Assembly: GCA_965261395.1 (NCBI GenBank)
Contig: OZ253462.1
Coordinates: 5,440,001 to 5,504,000 of the forward strand
Origin: Candidatus Latescibacterota bacterium
GTDB lineage: Bacteria; Latescibacterota; UBA2968; UBA8231
DNA: 64,000 nucleotides
Direction: 5' to 3'
Shown: positions 38,705 to 48,439 of the stretch, in pieces
Layout of the letters: every line of letters begins with the position of its first letter
Numbering within the stretch: position 1 is the first letter of the stretch
Notes under the pieces: model-generated
The model's database searches: none
What the model was told of the DNA's origin: nothing
Seen by the model: only the letters and a program-made list of their open reading frames with translations
Made by a program: the position numbers and the translations under genes

Positions 38705-40825
38705 TCAGTACGCCACACTGACGAGGCTGGTTTTTGCCTCGGAGCCCACATTGGTATCGAGCAAGACGCGGACCAAATAGATGCCGGGGGCCACCACAGC
38801 GCCGTTGTCATCCCGCCCATCCCAGGCGGCTGCAAAGCGGCCGCTGGCCCGGTCGCCGGCAAAGGCCGCGGCGATAAAACGCCCGCTTAGATCGCGAATC
38901 TCCACCCTCAGCGGAGCACCTACGCCCAGCCGCAGCACCTCAAAGTGAACCGCAGCCGCATCGTTGATTCCGTCGCCGTTGGGGGTAAAAACCTCGGGGG
39001 TCACTTGGAGCTGGCCCAGCAGCGATCCCCTGATGGCAATGCGCACCGCCAGATTGTTATCCACCGCGGTCAGATCCTCGCTGCCCACCGGCCGCGGATC
39101 CACATCTTCGGCCCCCAGTTGGGCCGCATTGCCCGGCACGACCAACTGCGGCAATTGCCCTTCGTCGGCCGCAGCGGGATCGACCAGCCAAGCTCTACCG
39201 GCAAATCCCTGACCAAAACGCAGGACCGAAGTCGTGAACGCGATCTTGAGCAAATCGCCATCGCCGACTAGTGGAAAGCCGACGACAAAGCGGCCGTCGG
39301 CAGCGCTCTCAATGCTGAATTCGCCCTTGTGCAGAGGCAATTGCGCTTCGGCGAGGACCACGTCAAAATCCTCTCCAGCGATGAGTTCGTCTCGGGCATT
39401 GAGCACCTCTAGGCGGCCGATTTTTTCAAAGATACTCGGCGAGGATATTTCAAAGCGATTGAAACCCGTATCCTGCGGCCGGACGCCCACCCGCGCCCCA
39501 TAGGTGAACTCCACCGCTTCCCCAGCGGCGACCTCGCGGGGGAAAATTTCGCCGACGATTTTTTCGGCCGGCACAGGTCTGGCGACATCAAAGGACAAGG
39601 TGCCAACCCCGGCTGCGGCGAGAAAATCGCGGCTGACAAAATCGATCCTGAACTGGAAGTACTGCCGCGGACCGGGCGAGACAATCGGCGTGCCAGCCGG
39701 GGTCGTGCCCTCTAACGGATAGGGGGGCGACCAATTGCTCCAGTTGATTAGGTCGTCCCGGATGGGCGCTTTTTGCTGGAGGGGCAGACTGGCGTGATCG
39801 GCCTGCGAGAGGGCGAGGTCCTGCCGGACGGATTCGGGTTGGGAATTGTAATGATCGAACGCCTCGTCAATGGGCAGGTCGTCGAGCAAGACGCCGTTGA
39901 TTTCGGCTGACTCGTTCCAAGGGACTTCCTGCAAATCGGCGCTGAAGCGATTGAAGACAAAGGGCGTCGTGTCGCGGCCAGAACGGGTGAAAACGCGAAT
40001 ATCCGACAAGCCGGCGATGCCCTCGCGCCGCTCGCTCCAGCGCAAATTGCCCCAGTTGGCCAGATCGCCTAAGTCGAAGATATCCGACAGGTACTGAGCT
40101 TCGGGCACAAAGCCGGCGCCAAATACCTCCAACTCGTCCACTTCAAAGCCGATATTGGACAGCGACACCAGCCGCACATAGCGCACAAATTGCAGGGGCA
40201 GGGACAAATCGACGACGGCGTCTGTATTGTCCTCGACCCGGACGAAGGTAGTGTACTGCGGGCGGCCTTCCACGGCCGTCTCTTCGCTGCCGTCGTTTAG
40301 TTCTAAGGAATAGCCCCGCATGAAGTCGTTTTCGAACTTGAACTCCGCATTGGCGCGGATGGTGTTGCGCGGGAAAAACCGGATCCGGTCGACGCCAAAG
40401 CGCGCACCTAAATCCAAGTCCATAATGATGCCACGGGCGATGACCACTTCCCCGGCGGCGCTGGCCTTGCGGCGAAAGGCCGTTTCCGCATCCTCGTCGA
40501 TCATGGCCGCCAGCGAAGCCTGGCTGATCGAGGGCAGGGGCGAACTCATGCCGCCGCCCCGGTCGGCCGAACCCAGGGCCAGATTGCGCCCCGTGTCGAT
40601 CTGTTGCGGGAAAATCCACCCCCCGGCAAACGCGAAGTCGATGACGCCGCCCGGCGTATTGCCAATGGCCAACTCGGTATTAGACAAGCGGAATTGCGGG
40701 TCGATTTCTTCCCCGCCACCCGACCACGCACGCTCCCCTTCCCCCAAGGCGATCGTCTGCGCTGGGGAGTCGGCTGCCAACGACAGCAACACCAAGGCGA
40801 GAAGGCCGTACCTTTTCCTGCTCAT
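38705..40825 (-). CDS. Secreted discoidin-like/FlgD-CTD family protein
   Basis: LDLGARFGVDRIRFFPR, WSNWSPP, SPGPRQY, GEIFP, VFTPNGDGIND, ends VSVAY. Confidence 0.88.
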   Translation of the reverse strand: MSRKRYGLLALVLLSLAADSPAQTIALGEGERAWSGGGEEIDPQFRLSNTELAIGNTPGGVIDFAFAGGWIFPQQIDTGRNLALGSADRGGGMSSPLPSISQASLAAMIDEDAETAFRRKASAAGEVVIARGIIMDLDLGARFGVDRIRFFPRNTIRANAEFKFENDFMRGYSLELNDGSEETAVEGRPQYTTFVRVEDNTDAVVDLSLPLQFVRYVRLVSLSNIGFEVDELEVFGAGFVPEAQYLSDIFDLGDLANWGNLRWSERREGIAGLSDIRVFTRSGRDTTPFVFNRFSADLQEVPWNESAEINGVLLDDLPIDEAFDHYNSQPESVRQDLALSQADHASLPLQQKAPIRDDLINWSNWSPPYPLEGTTPAGTPIVSPGPRQYFQFRIDFVSRDFLAAAGVGTLSFDVARPVPAEKIVGEIFPREVAAGEAVEFTYGARVGVRPQDTGFNRFEISSPSIFEKIGRLEVLNARDELIAGEDFDVVLAEAQLPLHKGEFSIESAADGRFVVGFPLVGDGDLLKIAFTTSVLRFGQGFAGRAWLVDPAAADEGQLPQLVVPGNAAQLGAEDVDPRPVGSEDLTAVDNNLAVRIAIRGSLLGQLQVTPEVFTPNGDGINDAAAVHFEVLRLGVGAPLRVEIRDLSGRFIAAAFAGDRASGRFAAAWDGRDDNGAVVAPGIYLVRVLLDTNVGSEAKTSLVSVAY

Positions 40826-40871
40826 GCGTTTCTTTCTATAGCAGTCCTATTATGACTTAAACGATTCAGGT

Positions 40872-40943
40872 TGCGGATCATCTTGTTTCTACTATTCTGC
40901 GTCCATCTGCGTCCATCTGCGGATCGTCTAGTTTCTACTCTTC
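40872..40943. repeat. Short intergenic repeats (10-bp tandem TCTGCGTCCA and a 22-bp imperfect direct repeat)
   Basis: TCTGCGTCCA x2 + TCTGCGG at 40896-40922; TGCGGATCxTCTxGTTTCTACT at 40872 and 40918. Confidence 0.7.
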
Positions 40944-41804
40944 TCTCCAGGCCGGAATATCCCAAGAATTGTACCACTCCCACTCCCACTTGACCTTTTT
41001 GGCCGGCATCTCCACTTCGTATAGAACGGGTGCGGTAAAAGGCAGCAATTGGGCCTTGCCTCCTATCTGCTCCCGCAAATCTTCGAGGAAGGAGTTGACG
41101 TCGGTCAGATTGGGTGGCCAGTGACCGGCCGGAATCGGCTCGGACTGGCGATCGGTGCGGTAGTGGGTGGGAATGACGAATTTGGGCTGTACCGCATTGA
41201 TGAGCGGTCCCATCGGCGTCTTCATGTGCACCAAGTAGTCGACGCGACCGCGCAGATTCTCCAGCGGCGGATAGGCTCCGTGCAAATCCCCCGTGTGGAA
41301 AATAGCTACATCCCTTGCGGCATGGGTGACGAGGTACGCGCAAGTGGGCAGGTCGGGCCGGGCGCTTTCGCCGCTTTCGTACACTTCGACCTGAATCGGC
41401 CCTAGGTCGAACTCAAAGGGGCCGGGAAATTCGCGGCGGCCATAGCGCTCGACATCCTGGTATTTGGGATAAACTACTTGGACCTTGTCGGCGGGGATGT
41501 GCTTGGTGATGGGCAGGTCGCGCGCAAAAGCGGCGTCGCCGTATTTTTCGTCAACGGGTTCGTTGGGCGTCAGACAGCCAATGGGGACGAAGAGTTTTTT
41601 AAAGCGGTCGCCCGCGCAGAGCTTGCGCAGGCTCTTGGGATGACAATGGTCGAAGTGCTCGTGGCTGATAAAAATATAGTCGAATATCGGTTCGGCCCGT
41701 TCGAGATCCTCGCCGAAGAGATAGGGGTCGAAACACACGTTGATAGCGCCCAATAACGCCTCGAAGTGTCCACATCCGGCCCATCGCAGATAAATGCTCT
41801 CCAT
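40935..41804 (-). CDS. Metallo-beta-lactamase fold hydrolase (UlaG-like)
   Basis: FDPYL, ISHEHFDH, FHTGD, VIPTHY; GGAGG RBS before ATG 41804. Confidence 0.88.
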   Translation of the reverse strand: MESIYLRWAGCGHFEALLGAINVCFDPYLFGEDLERAEPIFDYIFISHEHFDHCHPKSLRKLCAGDRFKKLFVPIGCLTPNEPVDEKYGDAAFARDLPITKHIPADKVQVVYPKYQDVERYGRREFPGPFEFDLGPIQVEVYESGESARPDLPTCAYLVTHAARDVAIFHTGDLHGAYPPLENLRGRVDYLVHMKTPMGPLINAVQPKFVIPTHYRTDRQSEPIPAGHWPPNLTDVNSFLEDLREQIGGKAQLLPFTAPVLYEVEMPAKKVKWEWEWYNSWDIPAWREE

Positions 41805-41829
41805 AGTATTCCCTCCTGTGGGATTCCGC

Positions 41830-43692
41830 TCAATACACAACTGCCACTAGTCCGCTGCTTTCCTCCCGTCCCTCGTCCGTATCCACCTGCACTCGGTAGA
41901 GATAGATGCCCGGTGCCACCACGCTCCCGCCATCCCCCTTGCCATCCCAGGTCCGAGCGTATTGGCCGCTGGTATCCGCTCCTCGATAGAGCTGGCGCAC
42001 CCGGCGACCCGCCAGATCGAATATGCCCACTTCCACCGCCCCGGTGCCGGCCAGTTCGAGCAGGATGTACTCGATATGGACCTGGTCGTTGACCCGGTCG
42101 TCATTGGGCGTGAATACCCGCGAACTGAGCACCAACTCACTGACGATCTCGCGGCCCAATTCAATCCCCACCGAGCGCTGGTTGCCGTCTAGGCGGAAGG
42201 TCGCATCTCCGTCCTCCACCAACTGCCCCACTTCCAGCGGGCGCTGACTGTCGAAGACCTGTGCGGCGAAGACCGTGCCAAAGCGGAATACCCGCCCCTT
42301 GAAGAAAACCTCCACCACGCGACCCGTCTTGCTCCGGTCCATGCGCGCCACTGCCAATACCAGCCGCTGGTCCGCCAATGGCTCGACGAGTCGCCAATCC
42401 TGCAATTCCTCGTTGACGCGCACCGAATCGACGCCGGTGAACTGTCCCGATGTCTCCAGCACCAAGCGATCAAAGCCGCTTTCGCCCCCGGAAAAATCTG
42501 GCCGCATGGCATAGACAAAGGCCGTCTCTTCCCCCGGCTTCACCTCAATCGGCCAGATCTCGCCGAGCACTCGCCCAGCCACTGGCGGCTGGGTGACGCG
42601 GAATTCGAGAAAATCAATGGCCGCACCATCCAGCCCACTAGGCGCGAAGTCCAATTGCATTTGGATGAATTGTCGGGGACCCGGCGAGGTGATCGGCGTG
42701 CCGAGGTTGTCGGCCCAATCGTAGGGCCCCGACCACGAACTCCAATTGTCCAGGTCCGTGGTGATTTCGGCTTTGTTGCCCTTCAGGTTGTTGTAGTCGG
42801 CCGCGGTCAAGGGCACGCCGCGGGCATTGCGGAAGGTCTTTTCCTCGCCGCGGCCGGTAAAGCGCCAGTAGCGGTTGGGATCTACCGTGTGGCCGCTGCG
42901 CGTGCGGAGGATCAATCTGGCACCGGTATCTTGGAAGCCCGACCAGCGGATCTCACCCAAGCTGGACGGCTGACCGAGGTCGAAGGCCCCGGAAGTGTAC
43001 AGGGCGCTGGATACGTAGCCCTCGCCATAGACTTCCAACTCGGCGATTTCCCAACCCTCTGTTTGGTGGACATTGAGTTGTATCTGGTCGAGAAGGCGGG
43101 GGACAAAGTTGATTTCGAGCCGCGGATTTCGGTTGTCGGTACCCCGCGCGATTACATTTTTGCCCTGTGGCCTTATCGTCCCCTTGGGCAATGAGTACAG
43201 GGTATAGCCCTCGATCAGGCGGTCGGGATGGTTCGGACGGGGATAGACGACGACCTGATTCACCAGGAAGCGACCACCCAGATCGAGGTACACCAGCGAC
43301 GACTCCGAGCGCGCGACTAGGACCGCCGGGTCGAGAAACGTGGTTGCGTCGCCGTCGGCGATCAAATCGATTTCTTCGCCTTTGGTGAGAAAATTGTACT
43401 TCCAACTGCCGGGACCGCCGCCCCGAGCAAAGGAAGATGCCGCCATATTCTCGTCCGCAGGGATGAATACAGGGGCGAGCCGTCCCTCATTGCCGACCTC
43501 CAAGCCGACCATCACGCCCTCGGCTCCCGCGGCGAAGTCCTCCCAACTCAACTGGACGAACTCCACACCCGGATTGCCCGCCAATTCAGGTTGCGGCATC
43601 CCATAGCCACCAACCCGATAAATGGTCAGCCCCCAAGACAAGGTCGGAGCCAGCAAAGACAGCAGAGTTAGGCGCAGCATCGCGGCTTTCAT
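41830..43692 (-). CDS. Secreted discoidin-like/FlgD-CTD family protein
   Basis: Signal peptide, LDLGGRFLVNQVVVYPR, EIAELEVYGEGY, GEIWP, VFTPNDDRVND, ends VAVVY. Confidence 0.88.
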   Translation of the reverse strand: MKAAMLRLTLLSLLAPTLSWGLTIYRVGGYGMPQPELAGNPGVEFVQLSWEDFAAGAEGVMVGLEVGNEGRLAPVFIPADENMAASSFARGGGPGSWKYNFLTKGEEIDLIADGDATTFLDPAVLVARSESSLVYLDLGGRFLVNQVVVYPRPNHPDRLIEGYTLYSLPKGTIRPQGKNVIARGTDNRNPRLEINFVPRLLDQIQLNVHQTEGWEIAELEVYGEGYVSSALYTSGAFDLGQPSSLGEIRWSGFQDTGARLILRTRSGHTVDPNRYWRFTGRGEEKTFRNARGVPLTAADYNNLKGNKAEITTDLDNWSSWSGPYDWADNLGTPITSPGPRQFIQMQLDFAPSGLDGAAIDFLEFRVTQPPVAGRVLGEIWPIEVKPGEETAFVYAMRPDFSGGESGFDRLVLETSGQFTGVDSVRVNEELQDWRLVEPLADQRLVLAVARMDRSKTGRVVEVFFKGRVFRFGTVFAAQVFDSQRPLEVGQLVEDGDATFRLDGNQRSVGIELGREIVSELVLSSRVFTPNDDRVNDQVHIEYILLELAGTGAVEVGIFDLAGRRVRQLYRGADTSGQYARTWDGKGDGGSVVAPGIYLYRVQVDTDEGREESSGLVAVVY

Positions 43693-43709
43693 ACCATACT
43701 TATTGGGCT

Positions 43710-43756
43710 AAAATGCGCTGTCTGGCGTACCGAGATGGTGCGCCAGACAGCGAAAA
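43710..43756 (-). terminator. Probable intrinsic terminator after the 43780-44670 gene
   Basis: CGCTGTCTGGCG...CGCCAGACAGCG stem flanked by A-runs (T-runs on minus). Confidence 0.7.
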
Positions 43757-43779
43757 CAACACCAGAGATGAAGGATAGC

Positions 43780-44670
43780 TTAATTGACGAAACCGGTCTT
43801 GATCCGGCCCCAGGTCGTAGCTTCAACCGCAGAGGGTACCGCGCCGAAGCCAACGCTCTCATCAATGGGCGACAAGAAGAAGTCGCTGCAGCCATCGGCG
43901 TTCCTAAAGCCAATGTCGCTCTGGCTCAGGTTGTAGAAAGCGTCCCAACCGCTGCACTCTTCGCCTTCGCGGGCATGGCGGCAGCCGACATCGTAATCCA
44001 TCCAGTTGTAGTGGATGCCGATTATATTGCTCTCTTGCATCTCGTGGAGGATCGACTCGCCGGGGCCAGCGGGATTGATGTCGTCGGTGGGTGCCAAGCG
44101 GATTTCCAACCAGGTCGTCCCCGGTCCGTAGAGTTCGCCCTCAAAGGTGGCCACCGCATTGTACCAGCCCTCCTCGGGCAGCCAAGTCGCCGCGCCCCAG
44201 AAGAAGTGGACAATTTCCGAGCCTAACAACGTGTCGCCGATATTGTTGTAGGTCTCGGTCTGATAGCACTGAGAGCCGTCCAAACGCTCATCACCCGGAT
44301 AGCACTCACCCCCGCTGTGGTCGCCATCGAGGAGGATCTGCCAGGTATCGCCCGGCCGGTTGATGTCGTCGAATACTTGGCTGTAAAAATAGAGCCGGTT
44401 GGTCCCCAAGCTGTAGGTCACCGTGGCTTTGGCGTCGAAATTTGACGCGTCTATTTCCCGGCCACCTTGGGTGTCGGGAAACTGCTCGGTGGTCTGCCAG
44501 TACGCTTCGGGGACGATATCGTACTCACTGCCGACGCCGTCCAGTACGGGCTCGAGGCCCGGTGGCCACTGGAAGGCCGGAAAAATGGCGCCTTCGGGCG
44601 AATGCGCCGAAATATTGACCGCGAGGCCCAAAGTAAGAGCCAAAGCAGCCGTCGTAATGCGACGTGTCAT
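43780..44670 (-). CDS. Secreted acidic CBM9/DOMON-like protein with C-terminal SAVEATTWGRIK tail
   Basis: Signal peptide, VLDG, LYFYSQVFDD, LDGDHSGG; AAAGGA RBS; paralog of 2200-3105. Confidence 0.7.
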   Translation of the reverse strand: MTRRITTAALALTLGLAVNISAHSPEGAIFPAFQWPPGLEPVLDGVGSEYDIVPEAYWQTTEQFPDTQGGREIDASNFDAKATVTYSLGTNRLYFYSQVFDDINRPGDTWQILLDGDHSGGECYPGDERLDGSQCYQTETYNNIGDTLLGSEIVHFFWGAATWLPEEGWYNAVATFEGELYGPGTTWLEIRLAPTDDINPAGPGESILHEMQESNIIGIHYNWMDYDVGCRHAREGEECSGWDAFYNLSQSDIGFRNADGCSDFFLSPIDESVGFGAVPSAVEATTWGRIKTGFVN

Positions 44671-45037
44671 GTTTGTTCCTTTCTCGTGAAACGATAAAAT
44701 TTGCGTTCTAACTGGAATACTTCCCTGATCCTGATGCGTTCCCCTCCTTTCTGCGATCAAGTTGGACAAAAGCCGACTTTGTTGGGATTTCCCAACCTTT
44801 TATTACTCCAACAGCAAGGTACTAAATTTGAAAATTGAAAATCAAGCAAAATAAAAGACCTGCGCTTGGGCAGCAGCCGAGGGAAGGCAAGCCCATCGCG
44901 CACCAACCAGCGCTTCACCGCGCCTTTAGGTGTGACTAAAACGCCCGTTTGCTGCCGCCTTTGATTGGTTATAGTTTGCTCACCCGCGGCCCAGCTCACT
45001 CGACTGCCACCCACTTGAGTCTGCAAAGGAACCACCT

Positions 45038-46735
45038 ATGTACCGCACCCTTGTTTCAATGCTGTGTTTGGCGCTTAGTTGGGCTCTGTCTGCCTGTACC
45101 CCACAAGACCAACCCCCCGCGCCGGAGCAAGCCGCCCCGCAAATCGCCGTCGCCCAAGTCGGCGGCGATTCTATCTTTACAGTTGAAGTAGAGCGTCTTA
45201 TTGCCTTGTTAGGCCCCGGCTTAAAATCCAAAGAGAGCGGCGATGCTGCACGCCGCGACTATCTGCAATCGCTTATAGACCAGAAACTGCTGGCCCGCGC
45301 GGCCCGCGCCCACGGCTTAGACACGGTGCTGACCTTCAAGAACAAACTCGCCTGGAAGTTTCGCGAAAAGGTCATCAACACCTACCAAGGCGTCAAAATC
45401 AGCGCCCGGATCGAAATCTCCGATGAGGAACTTGAGGAGCTTTTTGTTGCGGGCGACTTCCAGCGCGAAAAGCGCTTGCTCCGCCTCTTGGTCAAAACCC
45501 GCGACGAAGCAATGGAATTGCGCCGACAGATAGCCACCGCCGACGACTTCGCCTCCCTAGCCCGGGCCCATTCACTCGACCTGCAATCCGCCGAGCATGG
45601 CGGCGATTTGGGCTATGTCAACCGCGTCGGTGCCGCCAATCACGGCATCCCCGTCCAGGTCTTTGCCAACTTAGAGCCAGGCTCCCTAACCGAAATCCTA
45701 CCCCTGAGCAAAAATTACCAGTTGATTTTCTGCACCGCCGAACGCCGTGCCGATTTCGCTCAATACCGCCGGGACTTATACAAAGATGTGTGGAAAGAGC
45801 GCTTTGTCGCCGAGCACCAGGCTTTGATCGAGGAATTGGCGACTTCCTTGAATTTGCGCCTGCACTCCGCTGGTGTGGCCGTCCTTATGGCCCAAGACCC
45901 CGCGGTCGAGCCCTATCCCACACTCGCCCCCAAGGAAGGTTCGGCACCGCTGTTTATTTTTGACGGCGGCCGCATAACCGCGACTCACTACATTGAATCT
46001 TTCCGCCGCAGTGGGCAGGTGCCGGCCCTGGACGACAGCCTGCAAATAATCCGCGCGGCCTGGAAATTGCCCATTCCCAAGACGCTGGTCTGGCACGCGG
46101 CCAAAGAGGCTGGCCACACCGAAAGCCCTGCCATGCGCTACTGGAAGCAGCGCAAAACCGAGGAAATGCTCATCCTCGCCCTGCGCCAGAGCGAGATCGG
46201 CGACAAAATAACCATAACCGATGCGGCAGTGGCCCAGTACTACCAAGACTATCGGGAACAATTTCGCACCCCGGTGGAAATGTGGTTAGACGAACTCCTA
46301 GTGGACGACCACGACCAAGCTAAGGCCCTGCGCCAGCGTCTAGACCGCGGCGAAACCATAGCCGATTTGGCCTCCCTGAGCCAGCGCCACGGGGGGCCCG
46401 ACGGCCGGGGGAAAATTCACCTCCACTCGTATCAAAAAGGAATCTACGGCGCGCTAGTGGATCGTGCTTTGACAGCCGAAATCGGTGCTTTGGTCGACCC
46501 GATAGCGGTGCCCGGCGGATATTCCATCTTCCGCCTCAAAGAGCGCAGCGGCGGGGAAATTGCCCCTTTAAAAGCGGTGCATAAGCGCATAGCGGCGATC
46601 TTGCGCGTCATAGAGCAGGAACGGCGTTTCAACGAATTGGTCGCCCGCTACAGAGAGGAATACGCCGACCAAGTGCGCATCTTTGAAGAAGCAATTCCGC
46701 AAATCCAGCTCGACCCGCCCGCGCCTTCTAGCTGA
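45038..46735 (+). CDS. PrsA/SurA-like parvulin peptidyl-prolyl isomerase lipoprotein
   Basis: Lipobox LSAC, FASLARAHSLD..GGDLG, second degenerate PpiC domain. Confidence 0.85.
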   Translation: MYRTLVSMLCLALSWALSACTPQDQPPAPEQAAPQIAVAQVGGDSIFTVEVERLIALLGPGLKSKESGDAARRDYLQSLIDQKLLARAARAHGLDTVLTFKNKLAWKFREKVINTYQGVKISARIEISDEELEELFVAGDFQREKRLLRLLVKTRDEAMELRRQIATADDFASLARAHSLDLQSAEHGGDLGYVNRVGAANHGIPVQVFANLEPGSLTEILPLSKNYQLIFCTAERRADFAQYRRDLYKDVWKERFVAEHQALIEELATSLNLRLHSAGVAVLMAQDPAVEPYPTLAPKEGSAPLFIFDGGRITATHYIESFRRSGQVPALDDSLQIIRAAWKLPIPKTLVWHAAKEAGHTESPAMRYWKQRKTEEMLILALRQSEIGDKITITDAAVAQYYQDYREQFRTPVEMWLDELLVDDHDQAKALRQRLDRGETIADLASLSQRHGGPDGRGKIHLHSYQKGIYGALVDRALTAEIGALVDPIAVPGGYSIFRLKERSGGEIAPLKAVHKRIAAILRVIEQERRFNELVARYREEYADQVRIFEEAIPQIQLDPPAPSS

Positions 46736-46737
46736 AG

Positions 46738-48414
46738 CTAAGGGTCGCGGTCCACCACCTCCACATAGCGTCCGGTCGGCAGCCCCTGCAACACCTGCCG
46801 CCGCCCCGAAGGCCAGCGGATTTCCACCTGCTCCACCTCTGCCACCGGTCCTAGGCCAAACAACAAGCGCGGGTCGTTTTGGGCTTGGAAACTGTACCCT
46901 CGATGGACCTCCCGCACTTGTTCGCTGCCGCCGGCCCGTACTCGCACCTCGGCACCAATGGCTATCCGCCCCTCGGCACCCACCAGCCGCAGACCCAACC
47001 AGCGGTTGTCCGTCTCGCTGTCATTGCGCAGTAGGATCGGCGTATCGTTCAAGTTCATAATGAAAATATCGACATCGCCGTCGTTGTCGTAATCGCCCAC
47101 GGCTGCGGCGCGGCTCACTTGCTGCAACTCCCACCCGGCCCCGCTCTGCTCTCCCACCTCCCTGAACCGCCCACCTTCGTTGCGGTAGAGCAAATTGCGC
47201 TGCGCGTAGCGCAAATCGGCGTAGCTCTGGTCCAGTTGCGGATAGACGTGCCCGTTGGCGACGAACAAGTCGAGCCAACCGTCCCGATCGAAATCGACAA
47301 AGGCCGTTCCCCAGCCCAAATAGGGCCCCTCAATCTGGCCCAAGCCAACCTCGCGGGTGCAATCCCGAAAGCGCCAAGGCCCCTCGTTGCAGTACAGGGT
47401 ATTGAGCTCTTCTGAAAAGTGCGTCGCAAAGAGATCGAGATCGCCGTCGTTGTCAAAATCGCCGGCGTGCAACCCCATGCTGGCTTGCGGCAAACCGTCG
47501 CCGCTGTACGCGGCTCCGGCCTGGACGGCCACTTGGGCCAAGCGCCAGTCGCCGTCGTTGCGCCAGAGCAGGTTGGGTTCGGTGTCATTGGCCACGTACA
47601 GGTCGAGATCGCCGTCGCGGTCCAAGTCGTTGAAGACGACCCCCAGCGCCGGGTAGCGCCGGGTGCCGACTCCGGTGGAATCGCTCATGTCCCGAAACGT
47701 TCCATCGCCCCGGTTGCGGTAGATCCGGTCCGCCTGTCGGCTGGCGTATTCTGGCCCGCAGTACACGTACAGCCCTTTGTAGTGGCATTTAGAGCCACCC
47801 GCGGGCGGATTGTCCAAGTCGAATTCGAGGTAATTGGTCACGTATAGATCGAGCCACCCATCCCCGTCAACATCCCCGAAGGCAGCGCTGGAGCCCCAGC
47901 GCCCGTCATCCACACCGGCAGCAGCGGCCACTTCGGCAAAGCGACCCGCGCCGTCGTTGCGCCAGAGTTGGTTGGGGCCCCAATACGTGACGTATAGATC
48001 GACATCGCCGTCGTTGTCGTAGTCCCCCGCAGCGCATCCCATACCCCAGCCCCCCATGCCTAAATCGGCTTCCGCTTGGCGGAAAACCCGCGCCCCGCCA
48101 GCGCCCGGCTCATTGTGGAAAAGCCGATTGCGCGCGTCCTCGGGCTGGTATTCCAACCGCGTTCCGTTGACGACGAAAAGATCTAGGAAACCGTCGTTGT
48201 CGTAGTCGAGAAAAGCCGCCCCGGTGGACATGGACTCGAGGACGTAATTCTGTTCTGGGCTGCCGGAGACGTTCCTGAAGTCCAGCCCTGCTTCTCGGCT
48301 GACATCGACGAAGTGGAAAGGAGGAGGCGGCTCGCTCTGTTCCCGCCCGGATTGCGCTTGGCAGCCCAGTAGAATGGCCGACAGTACCAAGGCAACCCCT
48401 TTGTGCGTGAGCAT
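46738..48414 (-). CDS. CRTAC1-family (FG-GAP + ASPIC/UnbV) lipoprotein
   Basis: Lipobox LLGC after ATG 48414, DYDNDG repeats, LLFGLG...IRWPSG. Confidence 0.9.
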   Translation of the reverse strand: MLTHKGVALVLSAILLGCQAQSGREQSEPPPPFHFVDVSREAGLDFRNVSGSPEQNYVLESMSTGAAFLDYDNDGFLDLFVVNGTRLEYQPEDARNRLFHNEPGAGGARVFRQAEADLGMGGWGMGCAAGDYDNDGDVDLYVTYWGPNQLWRNDGAGRFAEVAAAAGVDDGRWGSSAAFGDVDGDGWLDLYVTNYLEFDLDNPPAGGSKCHYKGLYVYCGPEYASRQADRIYRNRGDGTFRDMSDSTGVGTRRYPALGVVFNDLDRDGDLDLYVANDTEPNLLWRNDGDWRLAQVAVQAGAAYSGDGLPQASMGLHAGDFDNDGDLDLFATHFSEELNTLYCNEGPWRFRDCTREVGLGQIEGPYLGWGTAFVDFDRDGWLDLFVANGHVYPQLDQSYADLRYAQRNLLYRNEGGRFREVGEQSGAGWELQQVSRAAAVGDYDNDGDVDIFIMNLNDTPILLRNDSETDNRWLGLRLVGAEGRIAIGAEVRVRAGGSEQVREVHRGYSFQAQNDPRLLFGLGPVAEVEQVEIRWPSGRRQVLQGLPTGRYVEVVDRDP

Positions 48415-48439
48415 CGGCCCGGGCCTCGAAAGCGCCGGC

